Source: Chrysomallon squamiferum
Taxonomy: Eukaryota; Animalia; Mollusca
DNA length: 64,000 bases
Direction: 5' to 3'
Assembly: GCA_012295275.1 (NCBI GenBank)
Contig: CM022673.1
Span: 17,732,001-17,796,000 of the forward strand
The notes beneath the pieces are model-generated. The model saw only the letters and a list, made by a program, of their open reading frames with translations, was not told the origin of the DNA and searched no databases. The translations under genes and the position numbers were made by a program. Below are positions 43,252 to 58,678 of this stretch, piece by piece (within the stretch, counting starts at the first letter, position 1; each line of letters opens with the position of its first letter).

Positions 43252-46200
43252 GTTTATTAAATTAAAATAATGATATATTTGAGTTGTGACGATTAAGACA
43301 TGTTGTTCTAAAGATCTGAAAATGATAAAGTTAATTTGTAAATTAATCAGATGAGTGATAGGTTTAAGTAAGAACACGCCCGCCGCAATGTCAGACAGCA
43401 TCAGGTAACTTAATGTTCACTTTTGTTATCCAAAACCACATATTTAAATGTTTTCAGCATTTACAATATAAATAAATAAATAAATAAATAAATAGCCAAA
43501 GAACTAACACGAAAAATTAAAATCAGTAATATTTAAAAGTACAATACAAATAATAATAATTGAAATAATAACGATAATAATAAAAATAATATCTTTTGAC
43601 ATAAAATAATAATAATAATATTATTATTATTATTAGTTATTATTATTATTATTATTATTGTTATTATTATTAGTAGTAGTAGTAGTAGTAGTAGTATCAC
43701 AACTGTGAATGAATTAGTAAACAAACAAACAAACAAACAAATAAATAAATAAATAAATAAATAAATAAATGGATAACATAAAAATAAATTATATCAATTT
43801 ATTTCGTTTCGACCTAATTATTTATATACTGTTTCTTTGTTTGTTGTTTTTTTATAATTACGACATTAAATATATTTAGAAGTTTTTAATAATAACAATT
43901 AACACAAATTTTACAGTGTTTCCTAGAAATGTTTATCAACAGACTTTCTGATATAGGCTGCTCGGAATTTTTCACACAAAATTTATTTTTTTATTAATCA
44001 TTATTGTTTATTTATTTTTATGAAAACTATAACAAAATAAAATAATAATAATAACAATAATAAGAAGAAAATAAAAGAAAAGAAAGACGTGTTTTTGATA
44101 AAATAATAACAACAGTAGTAGTAGCAGAAACGGTAATAGCAGCAGTATCAGTAGTAATAGTAGTGAAAGCAGTGATGCTAGTAAAAAGAGATGTAGAAGT
44201 AGCAGCAGTAACAGCAATATTAACAACTACTGCAGCAATGACAATAATAACAACAACAATAATATTAATCTTAACAGTATTGATAAGAACGTAAATAAAA
44301 ATAACAAATAAAAAGTACAATAATAATTATAAAAGGAACAGAATAATAATGACGATGTTAAGGTTGTCAGGTCTTTAATAAAAAGGGAGTAGTGTACTGT
44401 GCAGTTACACAGTACAAACACGTCTCATTGTGTTTTATTTTTGCTGACAGCGATTATTTATTTATTTTTTATTTTTTTTTTTTCAATGTTTTTATCTGAC
44501 ATTTTGATGTGTGCGTATCATTTACTCTTAAAATGGTAATGAGAAATATATCAAACCAGATTAAATCTGCCTTAACTTTATCACCGTTTTGTTTTACTGC
44601 GACCTTCTCGCTGTTGTCATTTTGGAAACAAGCGAAGTCACGTGTTTGTTTTATGTTCTGTTTAAATTAATTTAATTTAACTTTTTTTTTTTTTTTTTTT
44701 TTCGTTTTTTCTCTTTGTTGTTAGGTACACGCATGCACGTGTATTTATTTGTGTGTATATGTGTATTGTGTACGCACGTGAATGAGAATAAATGTGTTTT
44801 AGATATTTCTTACTATTTATTATTCCTTCTTTCAGTTGTTAATTAGTTCGTTTTATTTATTTAGTCGTTCCTTCATTTTTTAATTAATTTCCTCCATTTT
44901 CGTCATACATGATTTATTAAGGTAATTCTGAATCGTTTAAATAAATAACTCTTAAGATTCTAATCTTTCATAAACAGCAACGAAACAATATTCTATAAAA
45001 TATAACAGTAAAATAATAAAAATGATGGTGATTATCACAACAACAACAACAACAACAATAATTGTAATGAAAATGTTTTTCCTAAGACATAAAAAGTTTT
45101 ATTAATACTTTATTAAAAATCCAAAACTTTATCTTCTTTTTACCCGCTTTTAACCCGAAACAAAAGAGAATGATAGTTCATGTCTCTAGAACCGAGCGAA
45201 TCTTGTTAATTAAGTGAGGCTGAAGAAGATGAGAGATTAACTAATAAACTCTTTTTTTTCTGTAACGGACAACAAACAAGAAGAGGGTGAAATGATAATA
45301 AGTTGTGTGAGAAACGCAAGGTGTATCTCTCTTGTGATCTAATTAAAAGCCTACAAGATAAAAGCGAATCTTCTGGCTATTTCCAGAGCGGATTTTTCAT
45401 CAACTTGAAGAGTGTTGGTGCGACGATTGAAGACGTTTTAATTTGAAACAGCTGTTAGCTGCTCTAGGTTCAACATGAAGACCTGTTCGTGTTGTTTAAA
45501 GTGCTTCTTTCAATAAGCCTCGCTGGACCGTCAGAAAACAAAAATATTTCTCTTTGCATGCTTAATAACTAAATTAAAAAGAAAAGAAGAAAAAAAAAAA
45601 AAAAAAAAGTAAGAAAACGCAGTGTTTCTTCATCCCTGTTGGACACGGTAGTTAATCTAAAAGTTATTTTTCCAATTCGTTCTCCGCAGTTCGGCGGGAC
45701 AAAAACTGCAAGTCGCGTGAGCTCGTGAACCGCGCGTGAGCTGCACGTTCGCCGCACGGTGCCGGGTTCTGTTAGTGTCAAAATCTTCGTTCGTCATGCA
45801 ACTGGCATCCGTCTGTTGCTTAGCGGGACCTGAGAGATCAAATCAAAACCAAGTTTTCCAATCCAATTTTCACGCTCGCTCCCCGTTGTGGGTTTTCCAC
45901 GAATCTTTGGGAGGGATACTTTAACTGAACGTTTAAATGTCTAATTCTTTCAGTCAGATACTATTTCTGTTCCAACTTGCCTTCGTTCGTCTGTTAATTA
46001 GAAAAGACGGTATCGTTTCTCCTCTTAGTCGAGAAATCGTTTCCTTTCTCTATTGGTTTCTGAAAGCTGCTAATTTCTAATAATTGCCTTTTTACGTGTT
46101 GAGAAGACGTTGGAGTCCGCTTACCTCCGGCGGCGACGTTGTTGTCTTGAAAGAGGTGCGAAAACAACGTCTACAAAATGTAATGTAACATCTGTTTGTA

Positions 46201-46369
46201 ATTATTTATTTCACCTCTGTGAAAAACATCAACTAGAAAAAAATAAAAATAAAATTTATTTTTATTTAAACGTATAGCATTTTTATTTGTGTTTATTCAT
46301 ATTTGTTTCAATTTATTTGTTTTATTTTTATTTATTTCATAAAAAAATTTTATTCTTATCATCATCATC

Positions 46370-46437
<68 letters not shown>

Positions 46438-47159
46438 TTTCTTATAACTGATTTGTTTATTTTATTTATACATTTTTATTTCCAAACTAATTCCGCTCCT
46501 TCGAATCAAATTTCAAAGTTCAACATCAGGTTTAAATTAATTTATATTTATTTATTTTCTTTGTTGTTTGTATGTTTATTTGTTTATTTATTTGTTATTT
46601 CTTTTGCTGTCGTTATTGTTGTTGTCGTCGTCGTTGTTCTTTTTCTTTTAGTTTCAACTAATGAAATATTTGAAAAAAAAAATAAAAAAAAAAATAAAAA
46701 ATTAGATTATGTATAACCTCTATGAAACTCTTCAACATTTCCTTAAATAGTCGCGAAAATAAAAAATAAAATAAAAGTTTAATAATTATCCACTTTAACG
46801 TGTGTTTGGACAAAGATAACGTATGTCGCAGTACGTGACTTTCGCTGTTTTCTGCATGCTTGGTTTTTCCATGCTTTCGCGGCCCTCTTTAATAATTAGT
46901 GGAAGAACTTGATAAAATACCGTTTGTGAAAACTTCTGTGTTTGCTTAGCAAGGCCTTCTCGCCGACTGTTCCTGGCTTGTAACAGCTGTCTAAACGACA
47001 CGAACAGCTCATGCCGTCGTCTTTGTTTGTAAGTCGTAAGGCAAACAACATTTAGAGGAACAAATTTCCATAGTTACACGCGACACATCCGAAATAAAAT
47101 AAAAAAATAAAAACGACGAAAAAGAAATAATGTAGTTAATGCTAATGTATGTTTCAGAG

Positions 47160-47251
<92 letters not shown>

Positions 47252-47594
47252 CGTTCATTCATTCATTCATTCACTTATTTACTGTTTTTCCGTTCTATGT
47301 CAGTAAGTATGTTTTCCTTTAATGTTTACCAGGAAATGTTTGAGATCGACAAAGTCAGTAGGTCGGTGAAGATGAAATAATGAGTGTAATGACCGCAAAC
47401 AACCGGATCAACAGTCTGGTAAAGACCCCCGTACCGATCCGCATTTCACTGTTAAGTGCGTGTCCGATAATCCGATACTGTTCCGGTTTGGAAAGCATTA
47501 ACCGGCTTAAGAATATCGAAATTACGATAATCCATAAAAATGACATTGCGAAACTTTAGATTTTCATTTATCATCTTGTGTATTTTCAATTTAA

Positions 47595-47639
<45 letters not shown>

Positions 47640-49122
47640 AACAAAAAAAAAAAAGTAGGAAAAAATGTAAATAAAAAAGAAAAATAACTTTCTTTATTTC
47701 TTTATTTTTTGTGTGCATGAATTTGAGTTAACAGGATACACTAGTAAATTTGCAGACCTTCATAACGTAATTTTTTTTTTTTTTTTTTTTTAAATGCATT
47801 TTTTTTAACTTACGCGTTTCATTTTTAATATACTTCATTTTCAAATATTTCTCATCTCAAATATTTCGTCTTTACCAATTTTGTGTAATTAAAAGTCAAT
47901 TTCACACCTAATTAATCATTTCAGAACCAACGAGGATTAAATCTCGAAGTAATTTCTAGAATTTATTTTTATTATTTATTTATTTATTATTATTTTTTTT
48001 TTTTTTTAAGTCACCACTATATTTTAAAATATATAGTCAGTGTGTAGGTTACTAAGTTTTGACTGAGTGATTTTATATGACGTAATACTTCAACAAGAAC
48101 TTATAAAACATATTGTGAAAATCGCCCATTCAGTTTTATGATCTCGTGCATTCACGCTGGTGCGAAATTCGAATAAATATCGCGTTATTTCCCGTAATTA
48201 GATGAGAAATAAATCTTGATTATTCTTTAGTCATTTAATAAATATTTTTATTTTATTTTTAAATAAGTTTATTTCTTACGCGATTCCACCTCTGCTCAAA
48301 ATTAAATGACGCCAAAACTGCAAACAAAATTTAAATTCATCTTCATGCACGCGTGCACGTACCGAATCACAGAGACGAATGAATGCACACACCTACGTAC
48401 AAAAGAAGGTTAGAGAGAGAAAAAAAAGTCAATAATTACATAAATTCAGTAAGCGTTATTAAGTTAAACAAAAATTATTCTTAATTTTAATAACGGAGTT
48501 TTATTTTATTCTTTTTATTTTTTTTATTGTAATGTTTATTATTATCATTATTTTAATTTCTTTCTTCTTTTATTTTTTTTCTCTTAGATGGGCCTTGAGT
48601 TTTGTGATAAAATCTCTGATTAAGCCTTATCAATTGATTACAGAGGCCCTGGCATGCAACAGTCTGAAGTAATAAACATTAATAAAACGAAAAAAAGAGA
48701 AAAAAAATTACATAAATAAAAAAAAAATATTTAAAAAAAAAAAAATTAAAATAAAACATTAAAGAATATTTGTGGTATTAATTTTCCAAAGACCTTGGAG
48801 TTAGAAAGCAATTTTGAACGTGTCACAAATTCTACACGTATCAGTTAATTGTCAATTTCAAAGCCTACCTGCGCCAGGTGTGTTTTCGGCCTTCGTCAAG
48901 CGCACCGCATTTTAGCTTGTAAGGAAATTTTAGCGAATTTAGACGGGCTGTTATATCGACCGCCGACACCAACTGCCACACTGAATGACTAAACCAAGGA
49001 CAAAGTCATATACGAATTTCCAGCTAACTACCTCGAGATTACCTTATATCACTTTTTATTGTTCACAGCAAGTCAAACGTGTAACCATAACGAGCAATCA
49101 GAAAATATCATTTTTATTACTC

Positions 49123-49176
<54 letters not shown>

Positions 49177-49300
49177 CTACTTTGTAATTTTTGCTTTTGA
49201 TTTATTTAGAATTTTTATTTTTATTTATTTTGTAACTCATGTTAAGTAACAAAAATAAAAATTAAAAAAACCCAGCGAAACAAACAGTCAAACAAATAAC

Positions 49301-49345
<45 letters not shown>

Positions 49346-49586
49346 ATGTGCATTCATTTGCAGGTGCTAGATGAAATACGATTACGTCAGAAATTAATTT
49401 TAAAATATATAAAAATATACATTATTATTATTATTTATTTATTTATTTATTTATTTGTATGTTTGTTTGTTTTGTTGTTTGTTTTAATTTTATAAAGTAT
49501 AATTTGACGTGTTCTATATTTAAAACAACTTAATAGTATAAACATTTTCACGACTACAAAACGAACTGTTCTTTTTTCTTTAATAT

Positions 49587-49644
<58 letters not shown>

Positions 49645-49661
49645 GCTACTGTAAGCCATAA

Positions 49662-49707
<46 letters not shown>

Positions 49708-50373
49708 TTGTTTCTATTCTCATATTATTTCCACCCTCCCTCCATTTCTTTTGACCAGAAACAGGATAATTAAATCAAAGAAGATAATTAAATTTCTTTT
49801 TCGACAAAAATCTACCTCTCCCTTTTATTTCCGCATCTTTACATTTCTTGTTTACATTCTTGAAAAAACACTCCAAAGGAAGAGAGAGGCTACTCAAGTA
49901 AATCAATTTTAACACACACTGACTAATTATCGTGATTTCATTCAACCCATAATTCTCCATTTTCTTTTCACCGGTTTTTCTTACACTGATGCGCCTCTTG
50001 ACCAAAAACTAATGTTTACTTTCGGACGTTTTCGGCACCCTTCGGGCGCGGTTTTCCTAAGTACACCGGTATATAGTTTGATTTGTCACTATTACCTGAA
50101 TTGTATTTGCTATAGTTCTTGAAAATAATTCTTTGAAATTCTTGTTTGTTCAAGCAAACAAAAGATAGAAAAGATGTTAGAGGAAAAAAATTAAAAATAA
50201 AGAAGAAGAGAAAAAGTGGGTTTCTCGTCCGGCTTCAGGATGTAAAATCTATTTAAAAAACCCAAGCAAAAATAATTATTTTATTTTATAAAGGTTTTTC
50301 GGAACGAAAAATAAAAAGATTTCGATTTGCAATCTTCACGTGTAAATAATATTTTTAATATTAAAAACAAGAA

Positions 50374-50426
<53 letters not shown>

Positions 50427-51044
50427 TGCGTGTGACACTTACTGTTTATTTTGTATTTTTATTAGATATTTTTATCATTATCGGAAAATCTTATTTTATT
50501 ATTGTTATTACCGTTACAATTACTACTGCTATTATTCTTTTATTATTATTATTATAATCTTCTTCTTCTTATTCTTCTTCTTCTTCTTCTTCTTCTTATT
50601 ATTATTATTATTATTATGAAATAATAACTATTATATTCTTAAAATTATTAATTCATAAAGTTTACATTTCAATATTTATTTATTTATTTTATTTTTACTC
50701 ATTTATTTGTTTCTTCTTAAAATTATTAATTTGTAAATTTTACTTTTCATATATTTTATTTTTATTTATTTTTTACTTGTTTGTTTATTTTAGGTTTTGC
50801 TGGTTTGTTTGAATTACTACTTCTGCTACTACTACTACTACAACTACTACAACTAATACTAATACTACTAATACTTCTAATACTACTAAAACTAATACTA
50901 TAGCTATTTTCGTATTAAAACATTTCAGCCACAAAATATATCTATGATCTGTCGATTTAATTCAAGTACATGTATTTTTTGGAAATCAAAATAAAATTTC
51001 CTTAACTTATGGAAACTATATATATAAAAAAAATAATAATAACG

Positions 51045-51121
<77 letters not shown>

Positions 51122-51336
51122 AATAATAATAGTAATAGTAATAATAATAATAATAATAAATAAATATAAAAATTATATTCCTTAAATTGGTACTAATCGA
51201 GGGATAAAGGAGACACTAAATAAACTGTAAAAACAACAGCTGGAGTGTTTTGGACTTTGTTAAAATGCTTGGTTGACTTTTTTAAATTTAAATTTTATTT
51301 TTATTGAATTCCGCCTGAAAGCAGCGTGAATATTGG

Positions 51337-51537
51337 TTACAGTTTGTATTGATATTATTGTTTATACTGATAGTACAGTTTGTATTGATATTAGTGTTTA
51401 TACTGATAGTACAGTTTGTATTGATATTATTGTTTATACTGATATTACAGTTTGTATTGATATTACAGTTTGCATAGATATTACAGTTTGTATTGATATT
51501 ACAGTTTGCATAGATATTACAGTTTGTATTGATATTA
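51337..51537. repeat. 18/36-bp tandem repeat (acagtttgtattgatatt)
   Basis: Direct reading; source of the spurious TVCIDI ORF. Confidence 0.9.
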
Positions 51538-51860
51538 CTCTCGATGATTTTGTTGCTGATGACTTTATTAATTTAATATATAGATATATTGTTAGTATCA
51601 GTAGTGCGTGATAACCTTAGATTGTGTTAATACGTGGAGAAATTAAATATTTCATTCTAAAGTATTAATAATAATAGTTACAACACGAGGATAATTTTAG
51701 AATATTGATGGTTTTGTTATACATGTCTTCATTAATTTTTAAACCGTGGTTATCATTAGTAACATAATATAATTTTAGAATAGCTGCATTTTTCTGTGTA
51801 TTTTTTTTTTTTACTTTTTATTTTTGTTTTTTTAATTATTATTATTATTATTGTTGTTTG

Positions 51861-51914
<54 letters not shown>

Positions 51915-53304
51915 CGTTTTTTTATAGATTAATGAAATACTGTTATGAATGGTGTTATATGTCTGATAATTTCCTAAGATGCTGACTTCAGTAGCTATTA
52001 TTTTAAATAATGATTTGTAAACTGTTACCAGCAGCTCGACGGTACGATGGCAATTAACATTTTAAAATTTATTATATTCGACATTAATTTGAACGACATT
52101 TAATATATTTTTATATATTTATGTATTTTTAATACACTTATAATTATTTTGCATTATTGTTTTTCCTTATGCAAAACTGTAGATGAAAACCTTTTGGATA
52201 GATTTAGTTGATTATTTCATTTGTTTATATTTATTTTATTTCATTTTATTTTATTTTATTTTATTTTATTTTATTTTATTTTATTTTATTTTATTTTATT
52301 TTATTTTATTTAGTTATTTTTGTATTTATTTATTTATTTATTTAGTTATTTAGTTATTTTTGTATTTATTTATTTAGTTAGTTAGTTAGTTATTTTATTT
52401 TATTTTATTTTTTTTTTTTTTTTTTTTTCATTTCATTTGTTTAATGATTCATTTAATTTTTTAAAAATCGAAACCAGAGTTTGGTAATAAAGAAATTTGA
52501 TAACAATAAGCCCGCAGGCTGTTACTTTAATATCATTCTTTGTACACGTTTACGAAATAATGATGAAAAGATAAAACTTTACATGATAATTTATAATCAC
52601 GCAGCAGTTCTGTTATGAAAATAAAAATAAATGTTAATTTCAATTTCACAAATATTCTAAAAAATATCACAGGTATGAAATTAAAAAGGTAATTTCTAAT
52701 GAATACAAAAATAAATATTTCCTTTAGTCTTTATTTTACTGGAATATTTTCAAACATCGCAAAAAAAATAAAAAATAAAATAAAATAATAATAATAATAA
52801 ATAAATAAATAAATAAATAAACACACGCTTATAAACACACAGAACGATAAGCTAAAGAAAGGAACAATAGTTTTTGTTTGTATATAAACGTACGTATGAT
52901 GACCTACGTACGTTAACCTGAACTGTAACTGCTACACACTCGCGTTCACACGCGCGTTCAACACAGACTCGCACACAAAAGATACACACACACGTTTTTC
53001 GAATCACTTATCTAATTAACTGTATTTATATTTTTTATTTTTTATGTCAACACTTACTAAATGTACTGATGTGACCTCGCCAAAATCTCGTTACTATAAC
53101 CATACGAGAAACGCCCTTCCTAGTGACCGAAAATCACAGGTATGAAATTAAAAAGGTAATTTCTTTTTATTTGTCCTTCGATGGTCAGCGAAGCATGACT
53201 ATGTACTTCACAGATAATGGCACAGGAGAGCACGCGACAGCACGCGACTGCACGCGCCAATCTTAATAATAAACTTGACTGGTTCTGAAGCCGAAACTTG
53301 AAAT

Positions 53305-53361
<57 letters not shown>

Positions 53362-53544
53362 GTATATCATCAGAAATTCATCTGACATGCAAAATGCATT
53401 ACATTTTTTCTTTCTTCAAGAACTGATTTACTGTGCGACTTTTCACCTTTCATAGACGACCCCTAATCACTTAGTTGTACTTAAATAAAAACTACAATGA
53501 AAACAATGTCAGCTCCACCGCGCATTCAGAAAAGAAAAGAAACG

Positions 53545-53587
<43 letters not shown>

Positions 53588-54554
53588 AGATAATAATAAT
53601 AAGATAATTATTTTCACGAAGAATGGTTACTATTGATAATAGCATCAAACAAAATACAACTTGAACACAGTCGCTGGTAAATGAGACAATACGTGTTTAA
53701 TTTCGTTTACACCTGACTGTCTGTTTTCATCCACCTGTCTCTGCTGACCACGCCGCAGCCCGGTCAAAAGAAAACCCGCCCGTGTAGCGAGGCCAGAATT
53801 TAAAAAAAAAGAAAAAGAAAATCGGGTATTTCTGTGCATGGACCACATGACTAACAGATGTTTTTTCTCTCTCTCAGACTGAAGACTTACAATTTGTTTT
53901 TGTTTTCTAAATTTCACCTTTCTAGTGCGTCTCTTTTCAGACAAGATGCTGTTGTTGAAGGGCGGGGTAGGCTACCAGCTGGACTGGCCACTGCTTTCAC
54001 AAATATCAGTTAAAATGTTTTCAAATTGCTGTCACCTGAATCCACTCATTTTCACCGAAAAATTAAAAGTTAATTATAAAGAAACAAAGAAAGAAAAACA
54101 AAGTTTTATCACGGATTTACATAAATAAATTAAAAAAATTCACGACTGTAACCATCCTGCTGACGTCAAATGTATACTCTTAATTTGTTCTGCTGTTGAT
54201 GTAGTTGTCATTGTCGTCAGATTAAATTTTGTTTCCATAAAACAAAGCAACGACTAGGAAGTGTTCAGATTTATATAATATCATCATTACGAGTACAACT
54301 GAAGAACGTTAAACCGTAAAATAGTTCTCTCATTTAATACTGAAAATACGTCAGCTGTAACACATTCATAGTTAATCAGAATTCAAACCAGAGTACAGAT
54401 TAGTAATTTTATCTCTTACGAAAACTCAAATCTGTCCTGCGCATGTTCTTGAATCGAGATGTGTATTTAGGTAGGAGGAAGGACGCAAGTTCTATTAATA
54501 ATGCATATTTAATTTTAATTTTAATTTAATTTTATTATTATTTTTTTTTAACTA

Positions 54555-54613
<59 letters not shown>

Positions 54614-56895
54614 TAATGAAGTGTGCATGGTTAATGTGTTTTAAATATATGATCTGATAGAAGTTTATGACGTTACGACCAGTGAATTTTATTTTTTGTT
54701 GCATTTCAACAAAGGTACTGTTAATTATGCTGGATTCGTCCTGGTTGTAGAAGTTGTAGTAGATGCAGCAGTAGTAGCAGTTGTTCTCGTGACAGTAGTA
54801 GTAATAAAAGTAGTTACGGTTCTAATACTAGTATAACAACTTTAGTTGCAGTAACATAGATATGCAGAAGAGTGATTGCGGTAGTGGATGTGACTGTGGT
54901 TGTCGTGGTGATAGTTGTAGTAGTGGAAGTGGTATTGATATGTGTAGTTAATGGTGATACTATTAGTAGTAGTAGCAGTTGTAATAGTAATTGTACGTAA
55001 TAGTTATTGCACAAACAGTGCTAATATCATCATCGTCAGCAGCAGCAGTAATAGTAGTCATAGTAGTAGTAGTAGTTGTAGTAGTAGTTGTAGTAGTAGT
55101 AGAAGTAGTAGTTGTAGTAGTAGTAGAAGTAGGACATTCAAGTAGTGTTAATGGTAATTACACACAGTATGTTAATAGTTATTGTAAAACACAGTACTTT
55201 GGGTGGCTATATAAATATTACAGTTAAGCGCATAGATGTAGCTAACTTTGTACATAAATATTTACGTAGTTGTATGAAATGGTTTTTTGTTTAACTGAAC
55301 TTTTGAAAGCAATTACTAATAAATCATATCTAAGTAGAGAATAAAAATACATGTATATTATATACCTGCATGCTTGTGTGATGAAATAATTTTGCCAAGG
55401 GTGTGTGACACACTTTTATAGAAATCGACGCGTGGTGTATAATACAAGGAATATGTCATGCTACGATATTTGATTGAAAACCTATATCAAGTAAACCGCA
55501 CGCTGCGTTCCTAATTGCTATCTACAGGCCCATACTGTCTCGACGAACGAAAAATATGTTGAGCGCTGTTTTATTTGGAATATTTTTTATCATTATTTTT
55601 TGCTTTAAAAAAAAAAAAAAAAAAAAAATTTAGAAAGTGTAAAAAAAATGGCACGAAGCAGTCTAATTAAAAAAGGAATATTTAATTATTAAAAATAATT
55701 TTCAATATAAACGAAAAGAAATATTAATGTTGTATTAGAAAATATATTCAAAACTGGGTCTTACGTTGTTAAGATTTTAATTTATTTTTGCATATTAACG
55801 TATGTTTGCTTTAATATTACAAAACTCAGTAACATATTTGGTGAGAAAAACAGTAAAAAGTGAGAAAAACAATATGGCGTAAACAATTTTTTATGCATTA
55901 TGTTTGGGTGTGGGTGTATGATATATATATACATGTTTATGTTTACATGTGTGTATGCTTCACAAAATCCTTTTAAATATGTATATTCTCTTTAACATAT
56001 AGTTTTCAATATATTAGGTTTCATATTTGCACAGATAAACATAGTTTTTTGTCAGTTATAATACATTTATCGTTTGATTCGACCGTACGTCTTTGAAGGT
56101 GTATTTCTCCGTGTTACCAGTTCACGTTAAGATTTGACACACAGCTGTCTCGATAATTCTGTCCTGAGTCCATACAGCAGACAAAGACGTACCAAATTCC
56201 ACAAAAATAACAGCAGCAACAGCTGCTACAACAACAACTACATCAAGAATAACAATATCCTTGTACGCACATACAAACATACATATTTTATATACATACT
56301 TATTTACATATAAATTAATGTTAGCTTTCACATTATAGATTTAGAATGAAATAAACGTACCTATAAAAATAAAATAAATAATAAGAGGTAAAAATACACA
56401 CGAGCAAACATACATACACTAACATGTGTGTAGGGTTATAATGCAATTTTAAATTTTTATAACTTCTGATCAACGCATGATAGAACTGCTGTATAAAAAG
56501 GATAAGAGAAAAGAAAATTCGATTTTGAAATACACATTGTATTTTCTACATGAACACCGTCGCTATGATATAACTGAGAACTAGCTACAAAATTTATATC
56601 TATAACTTCAGAATTGTATCACGATTTGTATTCATAGACAGAGAGTCAGACATTATATACACACATATAAATTAACCTATACGCATACGTACACAACACA
56701 CATATTTCATAAACAATAACTACACTTAATTACATATTTTTGGAGTACAGTTTTAAAATTAACAATATTTAGTTTGTAATATATATATAAATTTTGTGTA
56801 AAGTGATTTTTCTCTGGTAGTTTTGCCTTCAACAAAAATGCAGTAAAACTTTATTTAAATATACTAAGTAAAATGATTGTGTTTCACGTAACTCC

Positions 56896-56970
<75 letters not shown>

Positions 56971-57386
56971 TTATTTGCTAGTTAAAGCACAGCTGACGTT
57001 AATTTGAAAAGCCATTTACTGTAAATAACAGGTTATAAACTGTACAGCTATAGATATTTCTAACACAAAACACGTAAATTCGTCTACAAAGAAACTATTG
57101 AAATTTCTTTCGGCTTTCCATTTTCTGTCTGTCTAAATGTTCTCTTTGCATGCATGGCTCTGTATCTTTAAATCTGTCTGATTCTAAAAATATTAAAATC
57201 ATGAGAGTTTTGGAAAACTATTTTTAAAATTAAACTTTTTGTTCTTGGATTATTATCTCAGTGTTATACGAAAACAGGTAAAAATAAGAAAACGTGCACA
57301 TCTGTTATTTTTGTAATTCGCAATTCTCTGCTGCTTTTAATATTTTTTTTCTTTATTTGATATTTGATTTTTGATTATTATTTATA

Positions 57387-57430
<44 letters not shown>

Positions 57431-58632
57431 TATTATTATTATTATTAATTCTTATATACATATATATATATATCTGTATATGTTTGTTTTTTTTAAACTT
57501 AAAAAAGAAAAAAATGTATTATTATTATATTCATTTTTTCTGGCCTTTTTCTGATTTTATTTTTATTTTTTATTTTTTATTGTTATTATTTTTTTTATAA
57601 TGGTACAGTGAAGAAAGGGCGCATAAAAAGAACATTGCCGATATGATGCCATCAGAAATTTTCTATTTTTTTTCTAGTGCTTAGCTAACAATCTGCAATA
57701 ACCAGAACACAGTTCGCTTCACGTCAGCAATGGACGTTTTAAGTCGTGCTATGTTTCTGCAATTAAGTGTATCCTTTCAGAATATTTTTACCTTTATTTC
57801 TGCTCCGTAAACATTTCAAATGACAATGCTTCGTAGTGTATGAAGCATTTTGATGTTGAGATTCTGTGCCATTACTGCACAGAAAGCGAATTAAGACGTA
57901 CCGGATGCTGGCGCTGAAAAGAGCGAGTGGGACGGGCTCGGGTCGGCTGTTAGCGCTCTCAGAACGCAGCACACACAGACCGGAAGGCTTACCTCTTATT
58001 ATTTACAGAAAAATGGCAACCGGTTTTAACGCTTGATTTCCTTGATGGCGTTCATATGTTTCATTGTTTTTACTCTTGCTGCCTGGAGCTCTTTTCATTT
58101 CTTTCTGATCTTTGCTAGTTTTCAAAAGCTCTTTTTCCAATGTGAAAATGCTACGGTGAGCGAAAGAGAAAGCAGTGTTAGAGAGAGAGTTTTGAGAGCA
58201 AGTCAAACAGGCGTGTGCCACGCACACACTCTCCGCCGAGCTCTTTTTGTTCCTTCAGCAACTCGCTTTGTGTAACGTGCTGTTTTCACTCGCTGTCAAT
58301 TACACTTCAAATTTACCGTTATAGTCCTGCACTGGAATACATAAAACCGCTGATATCTGTAAGAGAAAATATTTATCCAGCAGTCACACACGCAGAAAAC
58401 AAAGCCTTTTTCTAACGGCCACCACAGCCTCTAGCGAATTTTTCACTGCAGAGACTAAAATAAAGAAAACCACAGTTAGGAAAATCAAGCCCCGAAAACT
58501 AATGACAACTTCAACTTTTATAAACGATAAATAAAGAAATATATTAATTTGATAATGATGCTGATGACGATCTTGATAACAATACCAGTAACAGTAATGA
58601 TAACAATAATAATAATAATAGTAACAATATCG

Positions 58633-58678
<46 letters not shown>

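Noticed and set aside
51333-51611. TVCIDI-repeat protein ORF
   Set aside because: Translation of an 18-bp tandem repeat with a non-ATG start
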